Part shown: positions 1 through 10,030 of the stretch, one piece after another | How the letters are laid out: every line of letters starts with the position of its first letter | Position numbering within the stretch: position 1 is the stretch's first letter | Assembly: GCA_965202625.1 (NCBI GenBank) | Contig: CBDBBI010000010.1 | Span: 1,312,001 to 1,376,000 of the forward strand | From: a bacterium | GTDB lineage: Bacteria > UBA8248 | Length of the DNA: 64,000 nucleotides | Reading direction: 5' to 3' | Notes under the pieces: model-generated | What the model saw: only the letters and a program-made list of their open reading frames with translations | Told to the model about the DNA's origin: nothing | Database searches by the model: none | Translations under genes and position numbers: made by a program

Positions 1-14
1 CGGCGTTTGACGGA

Positions 15-812
15 TCATGGCCTGATGTCGGACGCAATCTGCATACCGGTCGCCAGCACGTTAAAGCTGTTGTAGTGATCCACCACGCCAAGAATCTCCA
101 GGATACGTCCCGGGTCCCAACCCATATGCACCAAATTCGCATGGAAATAACGGATAAAATACTTCGATCCGTTCGTAGCACTTACTCCCAGTCCCACGGC
201 CGCTTTGGCTTGCCGCTCAAGAACGCCTCCATCAAGCATCAGTTTGTGTTTGTTCCACGTCGATTCGAAATAATGTCGATTGCGGGACAGACAACGCCAA
301 TAACGCGGAACACCATCCCTGCCCAAGCGCGCTGACTCTACCTCCGCCACCTCGCCCATCATTTCCTGAACGGCCGGATCGAGGGCGGAATCTTCCGGCC
401 AAGGCAAGAGGGGCTGTGAATCCTCATCTTCCAAAAGAAGACCAAATCCAACCTTGTTCATCCCCGATACATGATCAGTCAGACCAATCAACTCCGTGAC
501 GCCCACCTCATCAACTCCCATCCGCATGACCGCGGCGATATGGGAGTCAATTCAGTATTCACACGCGTTGACGATGGAAACCGCGCAGGCGACCATCTCT
601 TTCACCAAGGGGGGCGTCTCTCCACGCTGCATCGTGGCCCGCGAACGCTCCCAATTCGCCCTCATATATTCGGGGTGATGGGTCATCGCACGCCAGACGT
701 TCGAGAGCGTATCAATGGCAAACACACGCTTCTCCCGTGCTTTGACGCGCTCGATAACGTCGCGTGCCGCCTCGGGCGTCTCCGCATCGGCGAGCTGGCG
801 AATTGTCGGCAT
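15..812 (-). CDS. AhpD/carboxymuconolactone decarboxylase (CMD) family protein with two CMD domains; probable selenoprotein (Sec at TGA 552-554)
   Basis: ORFs 552..812 and 15..527 are in the same frame and separated by one TGA. Read-through gives KEMVACAVSIVNACEY-U-IDSHIAAV, i.e. the AhpD CxxC..H motif with TGA at the second Cys. A stem-loop follows immediately. Confidence 0.85.
514..547 (-). promoter_or_regulatory. Putative bacterial SECIS element
   Basis: Minus strand after UGA: AUUG-ACUCCCAU-AUCG-CCGC-GGUCAU-GCGG-AUGGGAGU. This gives an 8-bp lower stem, a 4-bp upper stem and an apical loop beginning GG 21 nt after the UGA. Confidence 0.7.
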
Positions 813-829
813 TGAATCCCCAAACTCCG

Positions 830-872
830 AGGTTCAGGAGCGACGCCTTCTCCTCGCGTCGCTCCTGAACCT
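830..872. terminator. Perfect 17-bp inverted repeat (stem-loop) between the binding-protein gene and the CMD gene
   Basis: aggttcaggagcgacgc (830-846) and gcgtcgctcctgaacct (856-872) with a 9-nt loop. No U-tract, so it may be a transcript-stabilising hairpin rather than a terminator. Confidence 0.55.
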
Positions 873-882
873 GGCCTGAAAA

Positions 883-2091
883 CTATCTCGGATACTTGAA
901 TTCCGCGTTCGCCACGTTTTTTGGTCCCACCGTCCGTCGCTTTCCGTTCTGCACCTGAAACAAAACGATGGCACTCGCCGCGTTCATGCCGCGCTTGTCG
1001 AATTTCACAGGGCCAAAGAAAGTCTGGAGGCTGATATTCGCAATCGCGTCTCGAACCTTCTGCTTGTTCAACGTGCCCGCCGCCTCAATCGCCTTCTGGG
1101 CGACGATGCCCGCAGCCGTCGAGGCCGCGGCGACATAGTCCGGTTCCTGGTTGAACTTCGCGCGCCAGATTTTTCCGAAATCCCGCGCCGTGCCGATGAA
1201 GTCGCCCTTGTATTCGAGCGCCTCGCCCCACCAGGCGGCGGTCAGGATGTTGTCCGCCGTGCTGCCGAGCGATTCCGTGAACTGGGCGTAGACCGGGCCC
1301 ACCATGGTGAACAAGATTTTGGGCTTCACGCCCAATTCGTTCGCCTGCTTCGTGGCGAGAAGGGTGTCGGGAAGATAGCCCGCCACCATGAGCACATCGG
1401 GGTTTTTGCCTTTCACCACCGTGAGCCAAGTGGACATGTCCTTCGAATCTTTCGGAAACTCCGCATAATACACGTCCGAGAAACCGTGTTTTTTCGACGC
1501 CTTTCTGATCATCCTGGTGATGGCGCGCGGGAAAAAATCGTTGCGCGTCACGAACGCCATCGTCCTGGGTTTGGGGTTTTGCTGCTTGAGGAGTGCAAAA
1601 AAGTTGTTCGGTAAATACGCGTTCGGCGCCAAAAGACCAAAAAGATATTGATAATCCTGATCAAATATCGGCTCCGAACTCGCTACCGGCGCGATCAGGG
1701 GAACTTGATAACGCTCCGTGATCGCGGCGACCGACTTCGTGGCCCCGCTGCCGAAGGGGCCCAGAAGAAGGTCCACCTTCTCTCTGGTGATGAGCCGCTC
1801 GGCAAGCTTGGTGGCCGTAGGCGTTTTACTCTCATAGTCGTAATAGACGATTTTCACCTTCATCCTCTCGCCGCCCACGTTGACCCCGCCCGCCTCGTTC
1901 ACGCGCTCACGCCAGATTTCATAGCCTGCCCGCTGCTTTTTACCCTCCGTGGCAAGCGGGCCCGTCAGCGGTAAAGCAGCGCCAATCTTGACCTCCGCCG
2001 CCTGGACTCCACCCAGGCCTGAAAGCCCCATCGCGCCAAGGGCGAAAAATAAAAGAACCGCAACAAACAAAACCCTATTTCGACCTTTCAT
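883..2091 (-). CDS. Branched-chain amino acid (Liv-type) ABC transporter substrate-binding protein
   Basis: Signal peptide; KIGAALPLTG, INEAGG-like VNEAGG, LLGPFGS and TFFGPVKFD motifs; GGAGG RBS before ATG 2091. Confidence 0.9.
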   Translation of the reverse strand: MKGRNRVLFVAVLLFFALGAMGLSGLGGVQAAEVKIGAALPLTGPLATEGKKQRAGYEIWRERVNEAGGVNVGGERMKVKIVYYDYESKTPTATKLAERLITREKVDLLLGPFGSGATKSVAAITERYQVPLIAPVASSEPIFDQDYQYLFGLLAPNAYLPNNFFALLKQQNPKPRTMAFVTRNDFFPRAITRMIRKASKKHGFSDVYYAEFPKDSKDMSTWLTVVKGKNPDVLMVAGYLPDTLLATKQANELGVKPKILFTMVGPVYAQFTESLGSTADNILTAAWWGEALEYKGDFIGTARDFGKIWRAKFNQEPDYVAAASTAAGIVAQKAIEAAGTLNKQKVRDAIANISLQTFFGPVKFDKRGMNAASAIVLFQVQNGKRRTVGPKNVANAEFKYPR

Positions 2092-2193
2092 GACTCTCCT
2101 CCCTCGTTGGTTGAACGTTGCATCTTTGACGTGAATCCTCCACACGACAACATGCGCCGAACGATTCGCGAATCGATCCTACTCTCAAATGCG

Positions 2194-2934
2194 CTACATG
2201 CCTAGATACGCTTTCTTGACCTGCGGATTCGCCAGCAGCGCGTCCGAAGCACCAGAAATCGTCACGCGTCCGGTTTCAAAAACATAGGCCCGACTTGCGA
2301 GCTCAAACGCGGTAAGCACGTCCTGTTCCACAAGAATGATGGCGACGCCCTCCTCGTTTATCTGTCGAACGAAACCGCACAACTCCTCCACCAGCCGCGG
2401 AGCGAGACCGAGGGAAAGCTCATCGATCAACAGGAGTCTGGGCCTTGCCATCAGACCCCGGCCAATCGCGCACATCTGCTGCTCTCCGCCAGACATGCTC
2501 CCCGCCAGTTGTGATTTCCTCTCCGCCAACCGAGGGAAGAACCTATACACCCTCTCTACGTCCCCCTTGAGTTCCTGATCGGTCATATTCCGGGCGTATG
2601 CGCCCATCAAGAGGTTCTCCTCCACGCTCATCGCCGCGAAAAGCCTGCGTCCTTCAGGCACATGGGAGATGCCCTTGGCGACAACGTCTTCCGGTGCCAT
2701 TCCTTCAAGAGACGTGCCGTCCAGAGTTATCGTGCCCGCCCGATGAGGGAGCACGCCCGAAAGCATGCGCAGGAACGTGGACTTTCCGACGCCGTTGCTG
2801 CCCACGATGGCGACAATCTCGCCCTCCCGCACGCTCAGATCCACTCCCCACAAAACCTGAACGTCATCGTACCCACCCGCCAGGCCGCGCACATCGAGAA
2901 GGTTCGTCTCGCCCTCCGGTTCACGCATCCTCAC
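2194..2934 (-). CDS. livF: ABC transporter ATP-binding protein, LivF-like
   Basis: Walker A GSNGVGKS; HVPEGRRLF; MSGGEQQM; DELSLGLAP. Confidence 0.9.
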   Translation of the reverse strand: MRMREPEGETNLLDVRGLAGGYDDVQVLWGVDLSVREGEIVAIVGSNGVGKSTFLRMLSGVLPHRAGTITLDGTSLEGMAPEDVVAKGISHVPEGRRLFAAMSVEENLLMGAYARNMTDQELKGDVERVYRFFPRLAERKSQLAGSMSGGEQQMCAIGRGLMARPRLLLIDELSLGLAPRLVEELCGFVRQINEEGVAIILVEQDVLTAFELASRAYVFETGRVTISGASDALLANPQVKKAYLGM

Positions 2935-3704
2935 GACCGGGCACCCTCGCTCAATTTTTCCATCATCGCCGCATACTTCTCGCCCAGATACGCCTTGATG
3001 ACATGCGCATCACTCGCCACCTCGCGTGGCAAACCCTCCGCTATCTTCTCTCCATGATGCAAAACGATGACGCGATCCGAGAGACCCGTAATCACTTTCA
3101 TCAAATGCTCAACCACCATAATGGTCACCCCTTGCTCCCTCACCTTGTGGATAAGGGCGATGGCACTCTCGATTTCTGTGGAGTTCAGACCGGCGTTCAC
3201 CTCATCAAGAAGCAGCACTTCCGGCTCCGTGGCGAGGGATTTGGCGAATTCCAGGCGCTTTCGCTCAGCGAGCGTCAGCTGGGAGGCAAGTTGCGCGGCT
3301 TTGTCGCCCAGACCCACGAACGCCAGCATTTCATCCGCGAAGTCTTGCGCACGCCTCACTTCCTTTCTCGACCTCCGGGAGCCGAACAACGCCCCCATCA
3401 CGACGTTGTCGCGCACGGCGAGCTCCGGAAAGGGCTGGACGATCTGAAAGGTCCGGGCGACTCCCTTTCTCGTGATGGCATGAGGCTTGAGGGTTTCGAT
3501 GCGTTCGCGGCGAAATAATATCTCGCCCTCGTTCAACGGATGAAGACCCGTGATGCAGTTGAGGAGCGTCGTCTTGCCAGCCCCGTTGGGGCCGATGACC
3601 CCCAGGATTTCGCCCTTCTTGACGGTGAAATCTACCGAGGAGACGGCGGTGAGTCCGCCGAAGCGCTTCGTGACGCGCCTGCACTCCAAAAGTATCTCGC
3701 TCAA
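2931..3704 (-). CDS. livG: ABC transporter ATP-binding protein, LivG-like
   Basis: KRFGGLTAV; GPNGAGKTT; ARTFQ; VIKAYLG. The TTG start overlapping the upstream stop is an inferred choice. Confidence 0.9.
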   Translation of the reverse strand: MSEILLECRRVTKRFGGLTAVSSVDFTVKKGEILGVIGPNGAGKTTLLNCITGLHPLNEGEILFRRERIETLKPHAITRKGVARTFQIVQPFPELAVRDNVVMGALFGSRRSRKEVRRAQDFADEMLAFVGLGDKAAQLASQLTLAERKRLEFAKSLATEPEVLLLDEVNAGLNSTEIESAIALIHKVREQGVTIMVVEHLMKVITGLSDRVIVLHHGEKIAEGLPREVASDAHVIKAYLGEKYAAMMEKLSEGARS

Positions 3705-4684
3705 ACCCTGAACCTTTGTATGTTGCTCTTGAGAATCGGCACCAAAGCTCCCCATCCACGGGTTTGCAACTCTTGCGAGAGGGGCATCAGTCCACGTGGA
3801 AGGAACAAGACCACCAGCACGATGATGAGTCCGAAGAACACGCTGTGGAATTCCGTGAACGCCCCCCAGAGGTAGTCCGCCAGGTATTCCATCATCAGCG
3901 CACCCACGAGCGGGCCCATCACCGTTCCCACGCCGCCGAGCATCGACATCACTATCGCTTTAATGGAAAACATGATGTCGAAGACGTCAATGGGCTCCAG
4001 AAACGCTGCGCGGTAGGCGTATACGCCGCCGCCCATCGCCGGAAAAATGGCGGAGAGAACAAAAGCGATGATCTTGTATTTCGTCGTATTCACCCCCGTC
4101 ATGGCGGCTGCGTCCTCGTTCTCACGAATGGCGACAAGCCCATAGCCCAGACGATGTCGAGTGACGAAATACTGCGTCAAAAAGGCGAGAACGGCGACGC
4201 CGAGCATCGAAAAATAAAAAAAGCGCGTGAAATAGTCCGGCCCCCCCGCGATCTGGGGCAGATTGATTCCATCTCCTCCGCCGGTAATGCGAAGGTTATC
4301 CGCCAGCTCCCTCAAAAACTCCGCCACGCCAAAGGTGGCGATGGCGAAGTAGTGGCCTCTCAACCGCAATATGGGGATGCCCAGAATGAGCGCAACAAAA
4401 GTGCCGAGGCAGGCGCCGGCGCCCAGGGTGACGAAAAAATTCACTCCCTCGTTCATCAGAATGGCCGTCGTGTAGGCGCCCAGACCAAAAAAGGCGGCCG
4501 GAGCGAAGGAAGGGTAACCCGTCAGGCCGCCGATAAAATTCCAGCTCGTCGCCAGTATCGCTATCATCAGGATGTCCATCCACTTGCGAATCTCATCGTT
4601 TTCCACAAAAGAAGGCAGAAGACAGAGGGCGAGCACGCCCACTCCCACGCTGAACCACCGGGTGCCGGTCCATGGCTTGAACAT
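3701..4684 (-). CDS. livM: ABC transporter permease, LivM-like
   Basis: LRLRGHYFAIAT; ITGGGDG; AIRENEDAA; many TM segments. Confidence 0.9.
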   Translation of the reverse strand: MFKPWTGTRWFSVGVGVLALCLLPSFVENDEIRKWMDILMIAILATSWNFIGGLTGYPSFAPAAFFGLGAYTTAILMNEGVNFFVTLGAGACLGTFVALILGIPILRLRGHYFAIATFGVAEFLRELADNLRITGGGDGINLPQIAGGPDYFTRFFYFSMLGVAVLAFLTQYFVTRHRLGYGLVAIRENEDAAAMTGVNTTKYKIIAFVLSAIFPAMGGGVYAYRAAFLEPIDVFDIMFSIKAIVMSMLGGVGTVMGPLVGALMMEYLADYLWGAFTEFHSVFFGLIIVLVVLFLPRGLMPLSQELQTRGWGALVPILKSNIQRFRV

Positions 4685-4685
4685 G

Positions 4686-5552
4686 CTACTCAAACCCCTT
4701 TCTGCCCAATAGACCCGAGGGCCTGATGAAAAGCACCAGAATCAAAAGCATATAGCCAATGGCGTTTTGCAGCCCGGGGCCGAAATACAAAGCCCCAAAG
4801 TTCTCGGCAAATCCCAGAATCAGCCCTCCGGCGAGGGCACCCGTGATGTTTCCGAGGCCGCCGATGGTGCAGATGATGAAAGATTTGGAGAGGAACTCCA
4901 CGTCGCTCACCGGCGATATGGCGAAACCCACGCTCACGAGAGAACCCGAGGTAGCGGCGACGGCCGCGCCGATTCCGTATGTGATGGCGTATATTTTTCC
5001 GATGTTGACGCCCATGAGCTGTGCGGAGTCCAGGTCCATCCGCGTCGCGCGTATGGCCCGGCCCGTGCGCGTTCGGCCCATGAACCAGAAGAGGATGGCG
5101 GTGAGAAACACGCCCAGCACGAATATGGACACCCGGACGAATGGAACCACAAGACCGAGGAAGGGAATGGAGAAGCTCGAATATGAGGGCTGAACCGATC
5201 GGAAATCACCGGTGAAGAAAAATATCGCCAGCCTCACGACGACCAACTGAAGGCCAAACGTGAGAATGAGGGACATGAACATGGGGGCGCGCACGATCTT
5301 GTTGATCAATCCGCGCTGCACGGCGTAGCCGACGCAGAACATCACGATCGCCGAAAGCGGCAAGGACAAGAACGGGTCCACGCCATACAGCTTGAACATC
5401 CAGAACGTAACATAACCTCCCAGCATCAAAAACGTGCCGTGCAGAACGTTGAGGATGCTCATCACGCCCCAGACGAGCGAGAAGCCGACCGCGATGCAGG
5501 CGTATATGCCGCCCAACAAAATGCTGTTAATCACTATCTGTGCATAGAGCAT
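4686..5552 (-). CDS. livH: ABC transporter permease, LivH-like
   Basis: GGIYACIAVGFSLVWG; TRTGRAIRA; IGGLGN. Confidence 0.9.
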   Translation of the reverse strand: MLYAQIVINSILLGGIYACIAVGFSLVWGVMSILNVLHGTFLMLGGYVTFWMFKLYGVDPFLSLPLSAIVMFCVGYAVQRGLINKIVRAPMFMSLILTFGLQLVVVRLAIFFFTGDFRSVQPSYSSFSIPFLGLVVPFVRVSIFVLGVFLTAILFWFMGRTRTGRAIRATRMDLDSAQLMGVNIGKIYAITYGIGAAVAATSGSLVSVGFAISPVSDVEFLSKSFIICTIGGLGNITGALAGGLILGFAENFGALYFGPGLQNAIGYMLLILVLFIRPSGLLGRKGFE

Positions 5553-5588
5553 GTCTTTTACACCAAAAATTTGATTGATAGCCTGAAG

Positions 5589-6644
5589 TCAGGTGATGAG
5601 CTCCCATTCGCGCGAATACCGGTCGAGCTGTGCCGCGCTATATGGATCCACCTCGTGGTCGCGTTCGGGGATCTCAACGTGTTTCTCCTCCCCGCACAAA
5701 GCGGTGGTGAAATAGCGCTGCCCCGTGTCGTTGATGTTCGTGACGATGTTGCGCAGTTCCGGGTGTCGATGCGCCAGTTTGACGGCGGCGGCCACGTTGC
5801 AGCCCGAGGAGATGCCGCAGAAAATCCCCTCCTCGCGCGCCAGCCGCCGCGCCATTTCGAGCGATTCATCCGTTGTCGTCGTCACAACGCCCGAAATCTG
5901 CGACAAATCAAGCGCCTTGGGCACGAAGCCATCGCCAATGCCCTCGATGCCGTGCGGGCCCCAACTCCTTTGACTCAAAAGCGGACATTCCTGGGGCTCT
6001 ACCGCGTACAATTTCACGTCCGGATTGTCCTCGCGCAGAAATTTCCCTACCCCGCTCACCCAGCCGCCGGTCCCCTGCGACGCCACGACGGCGTCAACGC
6101 GCCCCTCCAGCTGCTCGAAAATCTCCGGGCCCGTCGTTAGGTAATGCGCCTCGTTGTTGTCCAGGTTGTCGAATTGCGCGGGAACCCAGTATCGCTCGGG
6201 ATCAGCCGCGCGAATTTCATCGAGTTTCTCCAGTGCCAGATCGACGTCGCTCTCCCCGCCCGGCGTAAACACCAAATCGGCCCCATAGGCGCGCATCAGC
6301 TTTTTGCGCTCATCGCTCATGCCCTCGGGCATGACCACGACGCAGGGATAGCCCTTCACCGCGCAGACGAACGAACAGGCGACGCCTGCGTTGCCGGTGG
6401 AGCATTCGAGCACCGTCATGCCCGCCATCAGAGCACCGCGCTCCTCAGCCTTCGAGATCATATGGAAGTAGATGCGATCCTTGAGGCTCCCCGACGGCGA
6501 GTACCATTCCAGCTTCGCGTAGATGGCGGGCCGGACGTCCGACGTCACTTTGTTCAACTGCACGAGGGGCGTTCCGCCTATGGCGTCGAAAATGTTCTCC
6601 GAATACCGCCTATAAGAATTCCACGCCCTTTTTTGAATGCCCAT
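5589..6644 (-). CDS. PLP-dependent cysteine synthase family protein (paralogue 2)
   Basis: IGGTPLV; SGSLKDR (PLP lysine); STGNAG; GTGG; HGIEGIG; DTGQRYF. Confidence 0.9.
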   Translation of the reverse strand: MGIQKRAWNSYRRYSENIFDAIGGTPLVQLNKVTSDVRPAIYAKLEWYSPSGSLKDRIYFHMISKAEERGALMAGMTVLECSTGNAGVACSFVCAVKGYPCVVVMPEGMSDERKKLMRAYGADLVFTPGGESDVDLALEKLDEIRAADPERYWVPAQFDNLDNNEAHYLTTGPEIFEQLEGRVDAVVASQGTGGWVSGVGKFLREDNPDVKLYAVEPQECPLLSQRSWGPHGIEGIGDGFVPKALDLSQISGVVTTTTDESLEMARRLAREEGIFCGISSGCNVAAAVKLAHRHPELRNIVTNINDTGQRYFTTALCGEEKHVEIPERDHEVDPYSAAQLDRYSREWELIT

Positions 6645-6688
6645 CTCTTGCGCCCTATCTCCCTACGCTCTAAAGAGCAGAAAAAAAC

Positions 6689-7741
6689 TCATTCTATGAT
6701 CTCCCATGAGTCCCTGAACTTCTGAAGCATCATCTCCTTGTCCCCTTCAAGCAGGTTTCTTAAAGCCGCCTCCATCCCTGGTTCGTCATGACAAAGGGGG
6801 GTGGAAAAATAGCGCTGTCCAGAGTCACCGAAAATAGTGACGATGCGACCCGATTCCGGATAGAAGCGCGCGAACTTGACCGCGGCCGCCAAGTTGCAGC
6901 CCGAGGATATCCCACAAAAAAGACCCTCCTCCCGCGAGGCGCGCCTCGCCATGCGGAGCGCCTCTCCCGTTGAGACGGTGATGATCCCGTCAATAAGGGA
7001 CAAATCCAGAATGTTGGGAACCAAGCCATCGCCGATTCCCGCGATGCCGTGTCCGCAGCACACCCCCTCGCTGATCAAGGGCGATTCCGTCGGCTCCACG
7101 CCATAGACTTTGAGTTTCGGGTTTTTCTCTCTCAAAAACCGCCCCACCCCCGTGAGCCAGCCGCCCGTGCCTACGGCCGCGACGAGTGCGTCGACGCGAC
7201 CGTCCAGTTGCTCCCAAATTTCCGGCCCCGACGTGGCGTAGTGCGTGTCCACGTTGTCCATGTTTTCAAATTCTGCCGGAACCCAGTATCTATCGGGGTC
7301 GTCCGCGGCAATCTCCTTCATGCGTTTCAGCGCGACGTCCACGTCGCTCTCCCCGCCTGGCGTCGTGATGAGCGCAGCCCCAAAGGCGCGAATCATCTTT
7401 TTCCGCTCAGGGCTCATCAACTCCGGCATGACGATGACGCAGGCATATCCTTTGACAGCGGCCACCGCGGCGCAAGCGATTCCCGCATTGCCGGATGAGC
7501 ATTCCAGAATTACCTTGCCGGGCGTCAGTTCCCCCCTCGCCTCCGCCCGGGAGATCATCTGCGCGTAGATGCGATCCTTGAGGCTTCCCGTAGGGGAGTA
7601 CCATTCGATCTTGGCGAAAATCTCTGGCCCCAGCCCCCGCGCCGTTCGCCCGAGCTTCACCATAGGGGTGCAGCCTACGGCGTCGATGATGGTCTTTGAA
7701 ACCGAAGCGAAACGATTCCAGGATCGCGATCTCGCTTGCAT
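6689..7741 (-). CDS. PLP-dependent cysteine synthase family protein (paralogue 1)
   Basis: TGSLKDR; SSGNAG; GTGG; HGIAGIG; DSGQRYF. Confidence 0.9.
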   Translation of the reverse strand: MQARSRSWNRFASVSKTIIDAVGCTPMVKLGRTARGLGPEIFAKIEWYSPTGSLKDRIYAQMISRAEARGELTPGKVILECSSGNAGIACAAVAAVKGYACVIVMPELMSPERKKMIRAFGAALITTPGGESDVDVALKRMKEIAADDPDRYWVPAEFENMDNVDTHYATSGPEIWEQLDGRVDALVAAVGTGGWLTGVGRFLREKNPKLKVYGVEPTESPLISEGVCCGHGIAGIGDGLVPNILDLSLIDGIITVSTGEALRMARRASREEGLFCGISSGCNLAAAVKFARFYPESGRIVTIFGDSGQRYFSTPLCHDEPGMEAALRNLLEGDKEMMLQKFRDSWEIIE

Positions 7742-7776
7742 GGCTCTGCTCCAGTGGAACGACGCGCGATTCCCCT

Positions 7777-8736
7777 CTATCGCACCTCCCTCAAGCGAGG
7801 GATAATTTCATTTGCCAAAATTTCAACTTGCGCCATCTCGTATTTGTAGGGAACGAAAATGAGCCGGTTCACTCCGGTGGCGACGTGGGCCTGCAACTGC
7901 TCCACGCATTCATCGACATCCCCCATAATAGCGCTATTGGCCGTGGAATCGCTCCAGGCGGCGTAATCCCACTCCGTTCGAAGCCATTCGTTCATCGGTT
8001 CCTCCACCTCAGCGCGCGACTTGCCCACCATGATGGGAAGCTGGTTCGTGCTCTCAAGCGCATCGGGGTCGCGCCCCGCCTCTTTTGCGAAGCGGCATAC
8101 CTTCTCCCAGGATCGCGTGAAGGTTTCGGGCGTATAAAAATAGGTGAGCCAGCCATCGCCCTTCACGCCGGCACGCTTGAGCACGCGATCGACGTAGCCT
8201 CCGATCAGGATGCTCGGCCTTGGCTGCTGGACAGGCTTGGGGAACATGACGGAATTTCTCAGGTTGTAGGACCCATATTCCGCCCGCACCATATCCTCCG
8301 TCCACAGCCGCGTGATGATATCGATGTTTTGATCCATGATTTTGCCACGCTTCTCAAAAGGAACGCCTACGGCGTCAAACTCCCGCTTATACCAGCCGGA
8401 CGCCATGCCAACCACGAGGCGGCCATTCGATATCTGATCGATGCTGGAGAGCTGTTTAGCGAGTACGAGCGGATTCCTGAGCGGTAGAACGAGCACGCCT
8501 GTGCCGAGTTTGATCTTGCGCGTGCGCGCAGCCACCGCGGTGAGAAGCGTCAATGACTCAAGGATGGGGAAGTGCGGCTCCACACCCAGAAGAATATGAT
8601 CCCACACCCATACGGATTCAAAACCCATCTCCTCCACGGCGACGCCATATTCGATGAGTGCCCCCGCGTCGGGAAGTGCAGGGTATGCGGTGAAATTTCG
8701 CATGGCGACGCCGCACTTGAGGTCTTTTCCTGACAT
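7777..8736 (-). CDS. Luciferase-like (LLM class) flavin- or F420-dependent oxidoreductase
   Basis: GFESVWVWDH; LGTGVLVLPLRNP; SIDQISNGRL; PKPVQQPRP. Confidence 0.88.
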   Translation of the reverse strand: MSGKDLKCGVAMRNFTAYPALPDAGALIEYGVAVEEMGFESVWVWDHILLGVEPHFPILESLTLLTAVAARTRKIKLGTGVLVLPLRNPLVLAKQLSSIDQISNGRLVVGMASGWYKREFDAVGVPFEKRGKIMDQNIDIITRLWTEDMVRAEYGSYNLRNSVMFPKPVQQPRPSILIGGYVDRVLKRAGVKGDGWLTYFYTPETFTRSWEKVCRFAKEAGRDPDALESTNQLPIMVGKSRAEVEEPMNEWLRTEWDYAAWSDSTANSAIMGDVDECVEQLQAHVATGVNRLIFVPYKYEMAQVEILANEIIPRLREVR

Positions 8737-8749
8737 CTTGATTTCCTAT

Positions 8750-10015
8750 CTATGCCGCTCCGCACCAGTCCAGGATAGAGATCGCCAGCGTTTTCGTCGC
8801 GTCGATCACGTCTTCCACGGCTACCCACTCGTTGTTCGCGTGCATCTGGGTGGTCGGCCCCGGACCAAAAATGACCGTCGGTATGTCGAAGCCGTTCAAA
8901 AAGCGCGTGTCCGCCGCTCCTTGGCGGCCGGATATCTCAGGCGTCTTGCCCGATACTTCCTCGTAGGCGTTCGCTACTGTCTTGACGATGGGGTGTTCGG
9001 GGTCGACCGCGGCCGATTCGGCGTAATACCCCACGAAACGCACCTCTGGCGGACGTCGCTTCATCCACGGATCAGCCTCCGCCGCCCGCGCCACCTGTTC
9101 GACCAGGCTCTGCTTGGCAGCGTCATGATCCTCGCCGGGCACAGTGGCGAGACTGCCCTTGAGCACGCAGGTATCAGGGAAAGCACTCGGAAAACTCCCC
9201 GCCTCCATCGAGCCGATCATACAGGGAATCGCGTCGATCATTTTGGGATAAAGCGGATGGGATATCGTCTCCAAGCGCTTTTTCTCGAGCCCCGCTACGG
9301 CCTGGACGATCTTGTAGCCCAAGTTGATGGCGTTCACACCCTCATACCTGCGCTGAATTCCCGCCGCTTTTCCTTTCACCAATATCTCAAACCATATCCT
9401 GCCGATGCAGCCGGGCTGGATGGCGTTTCCGCTCGTCTCGCAGCATATCCCCGCATCCGCCGTATAGCCGCGCAAAATGGTGTCGAGCGTGCCGTGCCCG
9501 CTCAACTCCTCATCGACCACAAAATCAAGGATGAGATCGCCCTTGGGCTTCAGCCCTGCCGCCATGAAGCATTTCGTCGCCATGATGATGGCCGCCACTC
9601 CGCTTTTCATGTCCGAAGCACCGCGCCCGTACAAGCGCCCATCCGCGATGTCCGCAGAGAGCGGCCCGTGCTCCCATGCGTCATCCGGACCATGGGGAAC
9701 AGTATCGGTGTGGCCGTTGAGCAAGAGCGACCTGCCCCCGCCCGTCCCCTTGAGCACGGCGACTACGTTCGGTCTTCCCTCATAGCCTCTGGTGACAGGC
9801 ACGTATTCAGGATGCTTTTTCAGCTCCTCCCAATCCGATTCCCAGACGTCCGCTTCCAAACCCATCTCGCGCAGGAGGTCCGCGATATGGTTCTGAATCT
9901 CTCCCTCATCTCCTGTCACGCTCGGTATCTGGACGAGTTTCGAGAGCAAGGCGACGATCTCGTCTCGGTGGGCGTTGACTTGCGTCAAGAGCCTTTTCTT
10001 GTGCTCAGCGCTCAT
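8750..10015 (-). CDS. M20 family ArgE/DapE-like deacylase
   Basis: LNGHTDTV; GRGASDMK; DEE; FGPG...HANNE metal-binding motifs. Confidence 0.9.
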   Translation of the reverse strand: MSAEHKKRLLTQVNAHRDEIVALLSKLVQIPSVTGDEGEIQNHIADLLREMGLEADVWESDWEELKKHPEYVPVTRGYEGRPNVVAVLKGTGGGRSLLLNGHTDTVPHGPDDAWEHGPLSADIADGRLYGRGASDMKSGVAAIIMATKCFMAAGLKPKGDLILDFVVDEELSGHGTLDTILRGYTADAGICCETSGNAIQPGCIGRIWFEILVKGKAAGIQRRYEGVNAINLGYKIVQAVAGLEKKRLETISHPLYPKMIDAIPCMIGSMEAGSFPSAFPDTCVLKGSLATVPGEDHDAAKQSLVEQVARAAEADPWMKRRPPEVRFVGYYAESAAVDPEHPIVKTVANAYEEVSGKTPEISGRQGAADTRFLNGFDIPTVIFGPGPTTQMHANNEWVAVEDVIDATKTLAISILDWCGAA

Positions 10016-10030
10016 GGCGACTCCATGCGT

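Noticed and set aside
15-812. Two separate small CMD genes, or a nonsense pseudogene
   Set aside because: The TGA falls exactly on the catalytic Cys position, in frame, with a SECIS-like hairpin, so Sec read-through is the simpler explanation.
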